Shown: piece after piece, positions 25,168 to 38,286 of the stretch
Layout of the letters: each line of letters opens with the position of its first letter
Position numbering within the stretch: position 1 is the stretch's first letter
Assembly (NCBI GenBank): GCA_013239625.1
Contig: MU054001.1
Span: forward strand, 1,739,884-1,802,366
DNA: 62,483 nucleotides
Direction of reading: 5' to 3'
DNA from: Lama guanicoe
Taxonomy: Eukaryota
Notes under the pieces: generated by a model
The model's database searches: none
The model's input: only the letters and a program-made list of their open reading frames with translations
Told to the model about the DNA's origin: nothing
Made by a program: the position numbers and the translations under genes

Positions 25168-25781
25168 CTAAAAGAAAAAATCCATCAATAACAGCCATTT
25201 TAAAATCAATAGCTATTAACTTGCGATACAAATAAGCTATTAAAATAGGCAATTACTCATAAACTTGTTCTGTATTGATAAAACATAACCAGTCATGACA
25301 GAGATAATCTGATTTTGTCATATTGTAAGAAGTGGCTTGAAACGCTCTTCCACTTCTCATTTTATCATGAGAGAAGAAAGCGGCCTCTGGCCCTCTTTAA
25401 AAATGTGAGGCATAAGTCTGTAGAACAGTTCTGGAAAACAGAAGATCCAAAGAGACTTTTTTTCATGAGGGCTGCCCTCACCAATTGCTCTAAAAGACTA
25501 AAGAAGTACCCCTTTTCTAATCTGGAAGACCAATAAGGAAATAAGTAAGTAAAGGTTAAAATGAGATGCTTCATATGACTCTTGACTATCACATTGGGAA
25601 TAAAGGAGACAAAGCCAAGCTGAAAAAGATACTCAACAAGGGGAAAAAAATCACTTGGCTCAGAATAGCAATAGCACCTGTAGACCGGGAAGCACCTAGT
25701 CCACGACAATGAAGAGCAACCTATGATATTTCCTTGTAATTCTCCTATAATTTTCTGGGGCTCAAAACTTCAGAAGTTATT

Positions 25782-25873
25782 AAAAAAAAGAAAAGAAAAT
25801 AAAAAAGAAAGAAAGAGAAAGAAAGAAAGAAGGAAAGAAAGAAGGAAAGAAAGAAGGAAAGAAGGAAAAGAAA

Positions 25874-25909
<36 letters not shown>

Positions 25910-25957
25910 GAAGGAAGGAAGGAAGGAAGGAAGGAAGGAAGGGAAAAAGAAAAAAAA
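25782..25957 (+). repeat. Compound (AAAG)n/(AAGG)n microsatellite
   Basis: About 175 nt of nearly pure purine in the last CHD9 intron. Confidence 0.95.
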
Positions 25958-25992
25958 CTCCTAGAAGTTTTAGGAGTTTAGAACCTCTAGAC

Positions 25993-26268
25993 CACCACTG
26001 TCCAAAAGAAATAATGTAAGCCGTATATAATATAATTTAAAATTTTCTAGTAGCCACAATAAAAAGGTAAAGTAGAAATATATGACATGAATTTTAGCAA
26101 TATAGTCTATGAAAATTATTGAGCTATTTTATATTCTTTTTTCTAAACTACATCTTCAAAATCCAAAATCAGTATTTCACACTTACAACGCAGCCTAATT
26201 CAGACTAGCCACATTTCAAGTGCTCAATAGCCACATGTGTCTGATGGCTACTGTTTGTGACAATGAAG
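25993..26268. mobile_element. hAT-Charlie MITE (MER33-like) with 8-bp TSD
   Basis: CTCTAGAC at 25985-25992 and 26269-26276; internal tagccacatttcaagtgctcaatagccacatgtg motif. Confidence 0.85.
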
Positions 26269-27106
26269 CTCTAGACAGTAGTTTAAAAGACTCTCATGGG
26301 ACTATTTTTAAATTTTGTTCTGAACTGATCAACTTATTTGTTCTCCTTACAAAAGCATAAGGGTTCACTGCAGAAAACATGACAACAACAACAAAAAAAA
26401 AAAACCAAAGAAAAAAATCATCCACAGTTTCGCTGTTCAGAGATAACCATTGCTAACGTTTCAGGATGTGTGCTTCCATTTCCCCTTGTGCATACATACA
26501 GGTTTTTCCAATTCTTCACAATTCCCTTTCTAAAATTTAAAAAAAAAATCATACTGAATGTGGGTTTATTGCCTGTCTTTTTCATTTGGACACCTGCAGA
26601 CATAAGGACTATTATTTACTTAGCATTTACCACAGGGTTAGGCTTTGCTACTCCAAGAACTTAACTACTACCTCATTTAATGATACTGTGAACTTGCTTC
26701 TCCCTTGTCTTCAGAGGTTCTTCTAAGATACAATTTTTTAAAATAGTTGCATAGTTTTCCAATATACTGATGGACCATTAGTATATTCCCAATTTTTTAT
26801 TACTCTACTATGATGAATAACCTTATATATATACATAGCTTTCCCCCATATTCGTTGTGGCATTGCTCAAATAGTATCTTAGAAGTTAAACACAGATCAG
26901 TAACATACTGATTCTGCATTCTACCTCAACAAGCATCTGAGAAATTTGTAGCGTATTCTGCAAAATAAAAATTATGAACTTAAAAACACTGTCACATGTT
27001 TGTGAAATATTTTGTTAATTCTTAACTTAAAATTTAATCTAAGATATCTTTAAATGGCATCTAATTTTTAAAATGATGTATGAATTAATATTTATGAAAT
27101 ACTCAC

Positions 27107-27211
27107 AGACTGCTTAACAACATCTCCCCATTCAGGAGCTACTCCATATTCTGAATTTTCTTTCAGGAATCGACATAAATCCTTCAAAGGGGGAGCAAAT
27201 GCACCTCCAAC
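27107..27211 (-). CDS. CHD9: CHD9 penultimate coding exon (BRK)
   Basis: ttatag|GTTGGA...CAGTCT|gtgagt; 105 nt; [35 protein letters not shown]. Confidence 0.95.
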
Positions 27212-27483
27212 CTATAAATGAAAAACCAATTCTTAGACACTTAAAAGTACTATTAACCATGGAGGTATTTCTTGGTTTTATTATCTGCTGTACAGAGTTT
27301 ATTTCTTTAAAATACCCTTATTCTGTGAACCACCTCTGACAATCTTTATTACATTAAAAAAGACTACCACAACCCATAAGAACTACTAATATACTATATA
27401 AACATGTGCTAATGTAAATTTTAAATGTTTTAAGAAGGGTTGCTGGAGTAAAATAACTACAATTTACTGTGCGATTACTATGC

Positions 27484-27880
27484 AGGATAGGCAGTGTAGC
27501 CTTGTTAAGAGTATACCCTTTGGAGTCAGACTTACCAACTACATGAACTCAGGCAAATCAGTAAATCTCTCTGGACCTCAGTTTTATCATCTGCAAAATG
27601 GGGATAACAGTAATACCTCCCTCATAGGGTTTTATGAAGATAAAATAATTCAAGTACTTTAGCATAGAGTCTGGCACATAATAAATAAAAGTATTACTAT
27701 TATATGCCAAGTCTTATGCTATAGACTTTAAGTATGTAATTTATTTTAGTACTCACTACGTCCTTTTGAAATATATTATTTCTGCTTTTCAAATGAAGGA
27801 ACTAAGCCTCAGAGAAGTTATAAAAGTTGCCCAAAACTAGCTAGTAAGTGTTATGGCTTTCAAACTCAGGTCTCAAAAAC
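27484..27880. mobile_element. Two MIR relics in opposite orientation
   Basis: cctcagttttatcatctgcaaaatggggataac (+) and aaatgaaggaactaagcctcagagaagtta (-). Confidence 0.7.
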
Positions 27881-29414
27881 CCATGGTGCTTATCTATTAT
27901 GTAAACTGATACCCTAAAAGTATGATAATACTTTTTTTGGAGGGTAGAAAGAGTTTTTATTCTCCTGCTACCGCCTAGTCTGACTGTGTGGAAGGATACT
28001 TCAGCCATCTGTTTTTAGATGCTCAAGAAAACTTCTGCATGAAGTGAAGCATACTGGGTCCCATTGAAAGTCTTGCTTAGGAAGATGCCAGGTCGTTCTG
28101 ATTAATGCATTTTTACAGCTAAGTGGAAGGGCTGAATCAGAAGTATGTTGTTGCCAGCATTGTGCAGGGAGGTGGAAAGCTGAGCTGCAAGAACAGCCCA
28201 GTTCTCTGGAAAAAGCACTCCCAACAGGTTACATATCCTTTTAAATGATTTAACTTTAAATGATCTGGACGAGCCAATTTAACGTTCCTTTAGAATTTAA
28301 AGAAATTTCTTGAATAATTCCTTCTTCTACACCTTTATGAATAAATACATACTGTATCTTGTTAGGATATAGACAGGATTTAATATGGACAGTTACATCT
28401 ACAGGTATTCTCATCTAGTATTTCCTTTAGTCTTTTCTTAGCCTCTCAAGTTTCTATTGCCATCTCTTTTTTATTATCCCCTTCTTTAAGCTCCAATTTA
28501 AATTGGAGGCTCTCTGTGTGGTTTATAGAGGTTCAGCAGGCATATTCTTTTCCTTAGTAACTCATCAGTCCTCAAGCCTGTACTCTAGAAACTCAGAACA
28601 ATAAAGAACTCTACAAACTAAGGGAAATGAACAGACCTTTTATCAGGTTAAAACAATTAAAAATAAAATTTAGAGTGTTTAATATTAAACTTTACAAGTA
28701 AAAATGAAAAACTGTTTCATTTCATTAAAACTAAGACAAATGCTAATTTTTGTTATAAGATGAAGTGGAGTACAAAGATTTTTAAGAAAATCTATGCAAG
28801 CACAAAATTAAGTAAAATGTGACTAATATGTCATTATTCTTGCCCAAATACATTTATGACATCACTTTAATGCACTAACAAAAGATGAATCAGTTATCTC
28901 TACAAAATTGGGGAAAAAATTAGTATCAATTTTAATGAGTTAATGCATACAGTAATATTAAGATAATTGTTATTATTAAAATAGTTTTCTTCCAATTTCA
29001 GTATTTCTTCTGAGGAGTTCAAATGATTTTATGTATTTTTATACTAGCAGTGAGGTCATTTAACATAGAGCAAAGCAGAACTAGGGAATTAACATGACCT
29101 AGGGTAATCTAATTTGTGAGTGAAGGAACTCAATGAGAAAGTTGCTATTCTTACTCTGAGGCCATTTTTAATTTCTTATTTATTTTGTTGCTTGCTCATC
29201 AGAATTAAAAAAACAGAATAAAAATGTCAAAGCTATAAACTTACAAAAGGGTACCACAAGTGTTCTACCATTTACTTTGTGAGGTAAAAGAGACATACCA
29301 ATCCAAATATAAAACAGAAACAATTTGGGGAAACAAACATTTGGTTCAGATTTAAGACTTCGGAAAAACCTGACTAACCGTTCACGAATCAACAAAGCAA
29401 AAAGATACAGAGAA

Positions 29415-29580
29415 GGGGGTATAGCTCAGCGGTAGAGCACATGCTTAGCATGTATGAGGTCCTAGGTTCGATCCCCAGTACCTCCATTAAAAAAAAGAAA
29501 ACTAAAACCTAATAATAAATAAATCAATGGACCTAATGACCTCCTTCTCACAAAAATAATTATATAATTTTTTAAAAAAG
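29415..29580 (+). mobile_element. tRNA-Ala-derived SINE (vic-1-like) with near-intact 72-nt tRNA head
   Basis: GGGGGTATAGCTCAGCGGTAGAGC...CTTAGCA...GGTTCGATCCCCAGTACCTCCA followed by an A-rich body like the other copies. Confidence 0.85.
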
Positions 29581-29774
29581 GAAGAAAAAGAGAGAAGATA
29601 GCACAGGGGTTCCCATTAGTCTATAAGGTACCTTTGTTTAAGACATTTTATTTCCATCTATCCGAAATTATGTATGCCGATTTTGACAGAACACTTTATG
29701 GCCAAATGATAGAAAATTACATGATAAACAGATCAATCTATGATGGATATGATGAGAATAGTATCCCCTTTCAA

Positions 29775-30020
29775 CAGGGTTTCTCAACCTTTGCACTACA
29801 GACATTTTGGATTGGTGGTATGAGGGTTGTCCTGGGTGCTGAAAGGAGAGTTCAGCAGCATTCCAGGCCTCTACCCACGAGATGCCAATAGCATCCTTCC
29901 CCTGTTCAGCACCTCCCCAACACCCACCTCCCCACTCCAGAGTTGTGACTACCCAGTATGTCTCCAGACATTGCCAAATGTCCCCTGGAAGACAAAGTTG
30001 CCCCCTCTTAAGAATCACTG
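29775..30020. mobile_element. MER20 (hAT-Charlie) DNA transposon relic
   Basis: cagggtttctcaacct...tgtctccagacattgccaaatgtcccctgg...taagaatcactg with recognisable TIRs. Confidence 0.85.
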
Positions 30021-30290
30021 CTTAAGAATCACTCAGATATAGTGCCCCTGTGCAGTGCTACTGCTTATGCACAGATGTGTAAAGTGACTGTGTATTTCAT
30101 TCAACAGCTTAGCCAAAAAATTGGGATTTGAAATTAGACTGTATAAAATTGTAGTCCATGTCTTTTCCCACAAATCTACCAGATTTAACCCATTTCCAGG
30201 TCTGCTAGGAAATACTGCATAATGAAATAGTGTTCTAGAGATCTCAAACGGTGAATCAACATGAAAAATAAACAACAAATATATAAATAC

Positions 30291-30419
30291 CTTTCTGGCA
30301 TTTCTTCTGTTAATCAGCTGAACACGTTCTTCCCCAGTGAGACTATTAACATCTAGTTTATTGGGATTTCTGCAACGATGCCTTTTTTGTTTGGGTCTCC
30401 CCTCATGGAGCTGCATTCG
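30291..30419 (-). CDS. CHD9: CHD9 coding exon (start of second BRK domain)
   Basis: ttttag|CGAATG...AGAAAG|gtattt; 129 nt; [43 protein letters not shown]. Confidence 0.95.
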
Positions 30420-30550
30420 CTAAAATATATAGACAAGAAAATAGTTTTATAATCTTTAACTGTATAAACAGTACAAATAAGCTGATCTATGTAATTTAGT
30501 CCTATAAAATTGAAGATATATGTACTATATAAGATATATATTATATAATA

Positions 30551-30779
30551 CAGTTGAGCCTGGAACTACATGGGTTTGAACTGTACAAGTCCACTTACAT
30601 GTGGATTTTTTTTTCAACAAATACACACTACAGTACTATATGATCCATGGTTGGTTGAATCTGAGGAAGTGGAACCGAGGACATGGAGGGCCAACTGTAA
30701 AGTTACACTCAAATTTTCAGCTGTGGGGGGGAGGTGTGCATCTACACCTCTAACCCCTACATTGTTCAAGGGTCAACTG
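30551..30779. mobile_element. Tigger2a-like MITE (TcMar-Tigger)
   Basis: TIRs cagttgagcctggaac / gttcaagggtcaactg; TA at the left flank. Confidence 0.85.
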
Positions 30780-32761
30780 TTTACTATATATTGAAGATAC
30801 AGATCTTATATATACTATATCACATACCTTCAATATATAACATATATATATAATATTGAAGAATTTACCCTTTAGTTATACTTCAAAAACATTTAAATAT
30901 TTTTACATGTAACAATAAAAATGTTGAATAAGACTTCTTAGTGTTGCATAAATCTTTTCCTCAAATTACATATTTAAACAATTATTCGAGGCCATCATAA
31001 TGATCAATATTATTCTCTATGAAAGTAGGCTCCTGAAATGAGGAGGACATTGCTAATTCTTTCCCTAAATGCCCTCAAAGATCACTGTATTCCCAGAGTG
31101 TTACTTGAAGAAGTTACCAATAATGGTGGAGCAGTTTCCTCTTTATGTTTTCTCCTGATGAATTGCACCTGAAACATCAGATTTTCTCAGTGCTTGGACA
31201 CTGTTTTTGTGCTAGTGGCTTTCATTTCTCATCTCACTAATGGACTTTCTTATCTCTTCTCACTTAATCCTCACGAAGCTCAAAGATGTTATGCTTATTT
31301 TACAAATGGGAATCAAGGCTCACAGAGGCTATCTTCCTCAAGGTCATGCAGCTAACAAGTGGCAATATGTGGCAATAAAAACTCTTTCCATCATTCCATG
31401 CTGCTCACCTCTGTTAACAACTGTTAACAAAGCAGGGCTTGATGTTTGCAGTCATTTCCAAGCAATTAGAAATTCTAACAGACTAAAACTCAAACTCTTC
31501 AGCATGGTATACCAGTCCCATCACAGGCTGGATAGAATTCACATTTTCTATCCAATTACTATTATTCCACTTGCTCCCTCACATAATCTGGAATATCAGA
31601 CGAGTCACTGTTTTATGAACATACCCTGAAGTCTTATCCTGTTTCAGCTCTCTTCATAATTGTTCTATAATGCCTAGAATATCCTCCTCCTGTGTGAACC
31701 TAGTCAAATGCCTACTTATTATTTTATCACTCACCAGTCATATGTCAGCTCTGTTTTCTTTCTACCATTCTCCAGATACTTTACTCTGCCTGGGCAGAGA
31801 AGTTACTCTTTTATCTGCTTCCATGGCACTTTATATGTACCACTGGTATAGTATATATACCATGTTATAATTATTTAGTTGTAGAGACACCAGATTAGAG
31901 TGTCAGATCCAAGACATCATTAATGTAAAGTGTCCTTGGGAAATCATACCAATCATTACCTTGTATTCTTTACTGCAACAAATGCTGCTTGTAAAAATGC
32001 TTTAAAATCTTACAACAGTATGATAAAAGGTTTATTTGCAGTGAAAATAATGAATGGCTATGAGCTAAAAAAAAATAAAGATTTGCAGTGGTAAGAGAAA
32101 GGTATGAGAATCCTCAGAGACTATAGTTAATTGCCTTGAGGGCAAGAACTTTATACTACTCACTGTTTTATCCTAAGTCCCTCAAAATCATAACTAGCAC
32201 ACAGTAGTCACTCAATAAAAATTTGCTGACTGAATAAATGATGTTATTTTCTAATATGTTAAGTAGTTACAGGGATGCACTATTTACTTAAAATTTCAGT
32301 GTTTCTATTTCTTTATCAATAAAGTTTTAATAATGCCATTCTGATAAAGTTGGAGGGTGTTTAATGAGATAATGCATGCTAAGTGCTAAATATAATGCCA
32401 GACACACAGCTAAGTCTCAATAAATGTTTACTATGATTATTTTTTATTATTTTAAAATTAACTTCTTGAGGGAAAGGACTGGAAGTTGTATGCCTTTATA
32501 AACTTCACTGGGTCCAACTTAGTACTCTGTATATGAGAAGTGATTTTTATTATCTAAACACTTGTTGAATGTGGAATGGAAAAATGAAAAATTACATTGT
32601 ATAGTATCATGGGAAAGATGGTCATTTTTTCCCTACTAATTTTCCTAAATCTTGGGCAGAACACATATTTAGCGTAAGTGGGTGAGAATTTATGCTTCAT
32701 CATTATAGGTTTGATAACTAACAGAAACAAAATATACCAAGATCTGTAAGGTATCACCTAC

Positions 32762-32983
32762 AGGAATAAAAGCTCCTAAATCTTCCACATAACCTGGGTG
32801 CTCCTTAAGCCATTTTTCCAAATCCTTTCTCTTCGGTGCATCATCGCCTGCAAGTCTTGTCCCATCTTTAAGATTAATAACTGGAACTGGACTTTCTGTA
32901 TCAGGAATTCCTTGAGGTTGACTATAGGACAGTGTTGGATTTATCCCTGCAGAAATCTGTGAGGTGGTTAAGCCTAAAGTAAC
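32762..32983 (-). CDS. CHD9: CHD9 coding exon (first BRK domain)
   Basis: ctacag|GTTACT...ATTCCT|gtaggt; 222 nt; ...DTESPVPVINLKDGTRLAGDDAPKRKDLEKWLKEHPGYVEDLGAFIP. Confidence 0.95.
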
Positions 32984-33301
32984 CTGTAGAAAAACATCAA
33001 ATGAAAATCTTATTTCTGTACGTCATCAGAATTCTGACTTTGGTCCACTGAAGGAATTCTTCTTGAAGAGAAAAAAAAAAAGTTGTTCAAAATTCTGCTA
33101 AATCTTTCAAGTTTAAAATATTCATGAATCTTCGCCAATGTGGACTGCTGAGATACAATCTAAAAACTATACAGCGTACTCCTAATGTCCTAGTTGTCTT
33201 TATTTATTCCATAAAACATTCACAAAACAGCAACATGTGAATTTACTAGGATTGAATTTTGGACTCAAGGGTCAATAGTTATTAAACATTACTTTACTTA
33301 C

Positions 33302-33441
33302 ATTATTAGGTGGTTTATTTCTGTTAAAAAAGAGGATGTCAACACCTTCTACATTCTTCCTCCTTCCCCGCCTTTTTTTGACTATAGGCTGGTTGTCTAA
33401 TATAACTCCATTGGCACCAAGGGTTGATTGAATGGGAGTAC
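33302..33441 (-). CDS. CHD9: CHD9 coding exon
   Basis: tgttag|GTACTC...AATAAT|gtaagt; 140 nt; TPIQSTLGANGVILDNQPIVKKRRGRRKNVEGVDILFFNRNKPPNN. Confidence 0.94.
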
Positions 33442-35626
33442 CTAACAAATTAAAAAAGCAAAAGAGTGATACAAATCTAGTTCTTAAATTAAAAGTAATC
33501 ATTTTCTGAATATATAGATATTTTAGTTATTTTCCATATCCTAAACCAAGCAATTCTTGAATTAAAAATACTGCCCCATTTCTCATTCAAAAACTGGAAG
33601 AATTGTTATCTAGGCCTCTTTCAAGTTTTGATTTGTCTCCTCAATATTATCCCCTTGATATTCATACATCTCTTCTTCCTTCCCCCTTTATAGGAAGAAC
33701 CATGCCTTTCTTATGTACAAGACAAACCTGTCCCCTTTATTTGAATCCATTAATTCCTACTATTTCTAAAAGCTTGTTTTATCATCTATCATTGGTTTTT
33801 TGTGCCAAAATATCTCATTCTACATTAGATTCTTCTTAACTTAAAAACATGGCCCAACTCAAAAAATAAACCTCTTTCAGCTTTTTCATAACCTTCAAAA
33901 CTTCTGAAAAGTCGGTCCCTACTGCACTCCTTCCTCACGATGAACTCAGTCCTCAATTTCCAATAGTCTATCCTGTACTAGCCTACTTAGGGTATTTTCT
34001 TTATGATCACTACTGTTTCTTGCCAAATTAAACTGACCTTTTTCACTCCTCATTTCAGTAGGCACTCAATAAAAAATGTATGTTTTAAGAGGTATGAATG
34101 AAACAGTTTCATGCATACAGTCATCCCTCTCATAAATATATATTTATCAAACAGCTATGTACAAGCACTATGATGACTCAGAGATGAATAAGATACAGTT
34201 CCTGTCTTTAAAGAGTACATAAATCTAGAGTACTCTTATAAAAGAAAATATTATTAAGACTGAGATGTTTGCTTAAAATGATTCACAGTTTGTAGCAAGA
34301 AATACATTTTCAACCATTCAAGGAGAATTTTTTGAGCAAGTGCTGTGTATCCCTGAAAGACATTTCCTTTTGCCTGGCTGTGGAACCTTATGGAAGTCAT
34401 TCTCCTCACATCTCAGTTTCAAAAAGTACCTTAATTCATATGGTAAAGAATAACTAAATGATTAAAAACCATTTTTGCATATGAAAGCACTTACGAATGA
34501 CATAACATTACATAAAAAGCTTTCATTATTTCATTATAATCAGATTAACAAAATATTATAAATATGATTTAAAAATACTTTCACTATAGTTTAACTGTAA
34601 TAACAGAGTAAGTTTCCTAAAGTACTACTTTTAAAAGTACTATTCTGTTTCATAAGAACTTCACATGGCTTCCTATTCAAGTATGAATGAAATGCCTTAC
34701 ATCAACCTCATGCCTGCATGACTAAGAACTCCAATTCCTGTCCCAGCTCAAATTTTGATGTTGTCCATAATTTAGATTCACCCTTCCTAAGTAGGCTCTG
34801 ATTTTATTCACATATCTGTCTAGTAACAATTTACACAGTAGCTAGGTCAGTCTTATCCCAAAACCATATTATTTTCCTGACATCAAGTCTCTGGTTCATG
34901 CTACTCCCTGATTCTCTCTCAATGTCATTTCCAGAAAGATCATTATTTAATTTTCCTCTTATAAATTCTGTTCAGTTCTGCCTCTTCCGCAGGACTCTGC
35001 CTAAGTCTCTAGACTGCAGTCACTTCTCTTCCAAAAGTTATTAACTATAATGCTCTTTGTCACAAGACATATCTTGTTTCTAATGCATTATCTAATATTT
35101 TAACATGTAGTTCTAGTCTACCAAGCTACAGAAAGGCAGAGACTGTCTTATGTTTCTTTTACTTTCCCTTTACTGTTATCTCAGTGCTATGTTAAGTTAC
35201 TTAATGTAACTAACTGTCTATGAAAAAACATCCATATACGCACCAAAGCATACATTTATAAACAAAACCTATTTGGCTATTTTATTATAAACATGATCTA
35301 TTTGGACAACTATATACTACCTGGACTTCTTTTTTAATTTAAAACAACAAAACAACAACAAAATACCCAGCTACCCAGACTTATTTCTGAAAGTGATTTT
35401 TATAAACATTACTGATTTTTTAAAGCTAGAATTCAAAATGGAAAATTTAACCTACCCTACTCTATAAAGTCTATGTTGTCTTTATCTTAGATGTAATTAT
35501 AACAATATTAAAAATAGCTTCTTTCTACTAAGTGCCTACTAGGTGACAGACACTGAATTAAGGTTTTATAAATGTTTTCTTGAATTACCAAAAACAAAAC
35601 AAGCAAAGGTATTAAGCCCACTTTAT

Positions 35627-35752
35627 TTTTTGGAGGGGGGAATTAGGATTGATTGATTGACTGACTGACTGTTAATGGAGGTACTGGGGATTGAACCTAG
35701 GACCTTGTACATGCTAAGCACGTGCTCTACCACTGAGCTATATCCTCCCGGC
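35627..35752 (-). mobile_element. tRNA-Ala-derived SINE with perfect 14-bp TSD
   Basis: TAAGCCCACTTTAT at 35613-35626 and 35753-35766; antisense tRNA-Ala head. Confidence 0.9.
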
Positions 35753-37610
35753 TAAGCCCACTTTATAAATGCGATCAGAAACATAACATCACTGGCCCAA
35801 TGTCACAACAGCTAGTAAGTGACAGACTTCAACTCCAGGCTGTCTGGCTCTACCATCCTTTGTTTACTATTCCAGGTGGTTTCTGGAATAGGCTCTTTAG
35901 TTTTGTTCTCTTGTTATAATTTATGCTATTTTACTGTCTTTCATTAATTAATTTACATTATATGATGTATCTTTTACTCAAAGTTTTTAAATAAAATTCA
36001 GGGGGTACCCACATAAACATAAAAAGGGCTTAGGCTTTGGAATATGAGGAACTAGAATAGAATTTGTTCAGCATCAACCTCTAAAACTTAATTTTAACAT
36101 CTCGTTAGCATCTAAGTATGTGCCAAGTTCCATACTGGCCATTTTACATATATTATCTAATCCACTTAACAATGCTACCTCTTCCCTGACCCCAATCCTT
36201 CATTTCACAAACAAAAAAGTAAGGTTCTAAAATGTCGACAGACTTCCTAAGAGTCAATGTACGAAGACAGTGCTAGATTTCCCATTTGCAATTATTAAGA
36301 TAGATGAGATATAATGCATAGATAATCCTTATGTAGTTTTAATGTTTGAGACTTTTTGGTATTTTGTATAGCTGCAAATTATTGTTACAATTACTGTTGA
36401 TACTATTAAAACAGTATTATTTACCAAATAATTACTTATAGTCAAAGGCTGTACAATCTTCAGATGCAATAGCAATAAAATGTTCAGATAAAAAAAGTAT
36501 CAAACCCATTTTATAGTGGATTACCGAGGTACATGCAGCAGTAGTGTTAAACCCCACTTAGGCTGGGCAAAAACCTGGCAGCTTATCTTCCCCACCTATT
36601 CCTAGTTTCTCATAAGAAAAAAAAGAGGGCTCCTTAATACAACACTGTCATTGTAAAGTGCAACTTGGTGGATTTATACTTCAGTAAGAAAAGTATGGCT
36701 CATTTATACATGTCTAGAAGTCCATTAATTGGAGAATTCCACTGAATGGTTAAAAAAATCCATAAAAGACCAAAGTAAGGCTGAAGACTCTAATTTATAA
36801 TTTAATTATAATTTATAATTAAAATGTGGTAATAGCAGCAACTGGAAACAGTGATCAATTTAACACCTATAATAAAGCATTATTTCCCTCAATTTTAGGA
36901 ATGTCAGACACTATGCCCACACACAGAGGTCTCAAAATGTTTACAAGTGCTGTATGGCAACTGGATTTAATAGAACACTGAAATAGAGTCCTCAGCCTTA
37001 TGTATATGAGAGGTATAAAGGAAACTCCAGTCATTCATCTACTTCACTTGAGAATTTGCATTTTTTAAGATTAATAGGTTGTGCCACACATTTTAACACT
37101 CAGTCGCTCTTAAGTAAAACTCTCAATTATTGGCAGCATACTTTAAGAGGGACATGAACAAATTAAAGTACAATTAGATCAACATAAACAAAACAAAACA
37201 ACTTCTTATGGATGAATTCCTCAGTGCCTACAGAGCACACAACACATGACATCAATTCAGTATTTAATACTTCTTGATTCAAATTTTGTCAAAATGTTAG
37301 AACAATATATAGTCCCAAGGGGAGATAGGATAATTGTTTTCAAAAGATGAGATTATCATGCAGACATACGAATAGGTTAATTTTGTGCTGCCTTTAAAGA
37401 TAGATAATCATTGAGAAGTACCAATTGGGGGCAAAATTTGCTTCTAAATAAGAAGGAATTTCATGATAATTAGTGTTTCCAATAGTAAGAGGTTTTTTTT
37501 TTTTAAAGTAGTAACAATCTTGTTTTTGAAAGTATCCCATGAGAAAGCAAAAGAGGACTTGTAAATGATGGAATATTTCACGTTGAGACAATGGTCACTA
37601 GCATATTCAC

Positions 37611-37779
37611 CTGATACTGGCATGGATTTTGGAAAACTGGCGAGGCTGGTCTCTGACGCACCTTGAAGCTCTCGGAGTCGAGTGAGGTACTGCTGTTGCC
37701 CCAGGGCTCCATCCTCACTGTCCAATGGCCTTCTCTGAGCAAGCCCTTGCTTCTGAAATGTCAACTTCAAACCACCTTC
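37611..37779 (-). CDS. CHD9: CHD9 coding exon
   Basis: taacag|GAAGGT...GTATCAG|gtgaat; 169 nt; EGGLKLTFQKQGLAQRRPLDSEDGALGQQQYLTRLRELQGASETSLASFPKSMPVS. Confidence 0.95.
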
Positions 37780-38286
37780 CTGTTAAATAAACACCATTAT
37801 TAAGAAAGAAACAATTAAAAAAAAAATCTCATTGCAGTATATCAAGAGAAATTTCTTACTTAGAAAAAGTGAGGTTAAAAACCCTGGAACATTAATCAAG
37901 TTCTCTTCTTATTCATAAATCAATTGGAGAAAAACATTTAATCAATTTTTATAATGAATATTAAATATTAAAATTTCTATCTTAAATGAAAAAAAAAATC
38001 CAGGTACTATATACACTTTTCTGAGCAAAACAAAGCTTTTCATGTCACTAGTACATTGTAACCCTTTCAAGCTTTGGACATATGTCTCTGTGTACATTAT
38101 TCACATGACATTTTAGAGGACATTATCCATGTTTTAGACACTGAGTAATCAATTTACCTTCAAAAATCATACTGAAAAACGAAATGTTACTGACAATAGC
38201 GCATGCTAAATGTTTAAAACAGAAAGTATACTGACATACCATTTGAGTATTATATAAAAGAACCAAAACAATAAGAAACTGTCAGA

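Noticed and set aside
25723..26019. Lys/Arg/Glu-rich 98-aa ORF
   Set aside because: Translation of the AAAG/AAGG microsatellite.
29668..30042. ORFs of 71-116 aa on both strands
   Set aside because: They lie within the MER20 relic.
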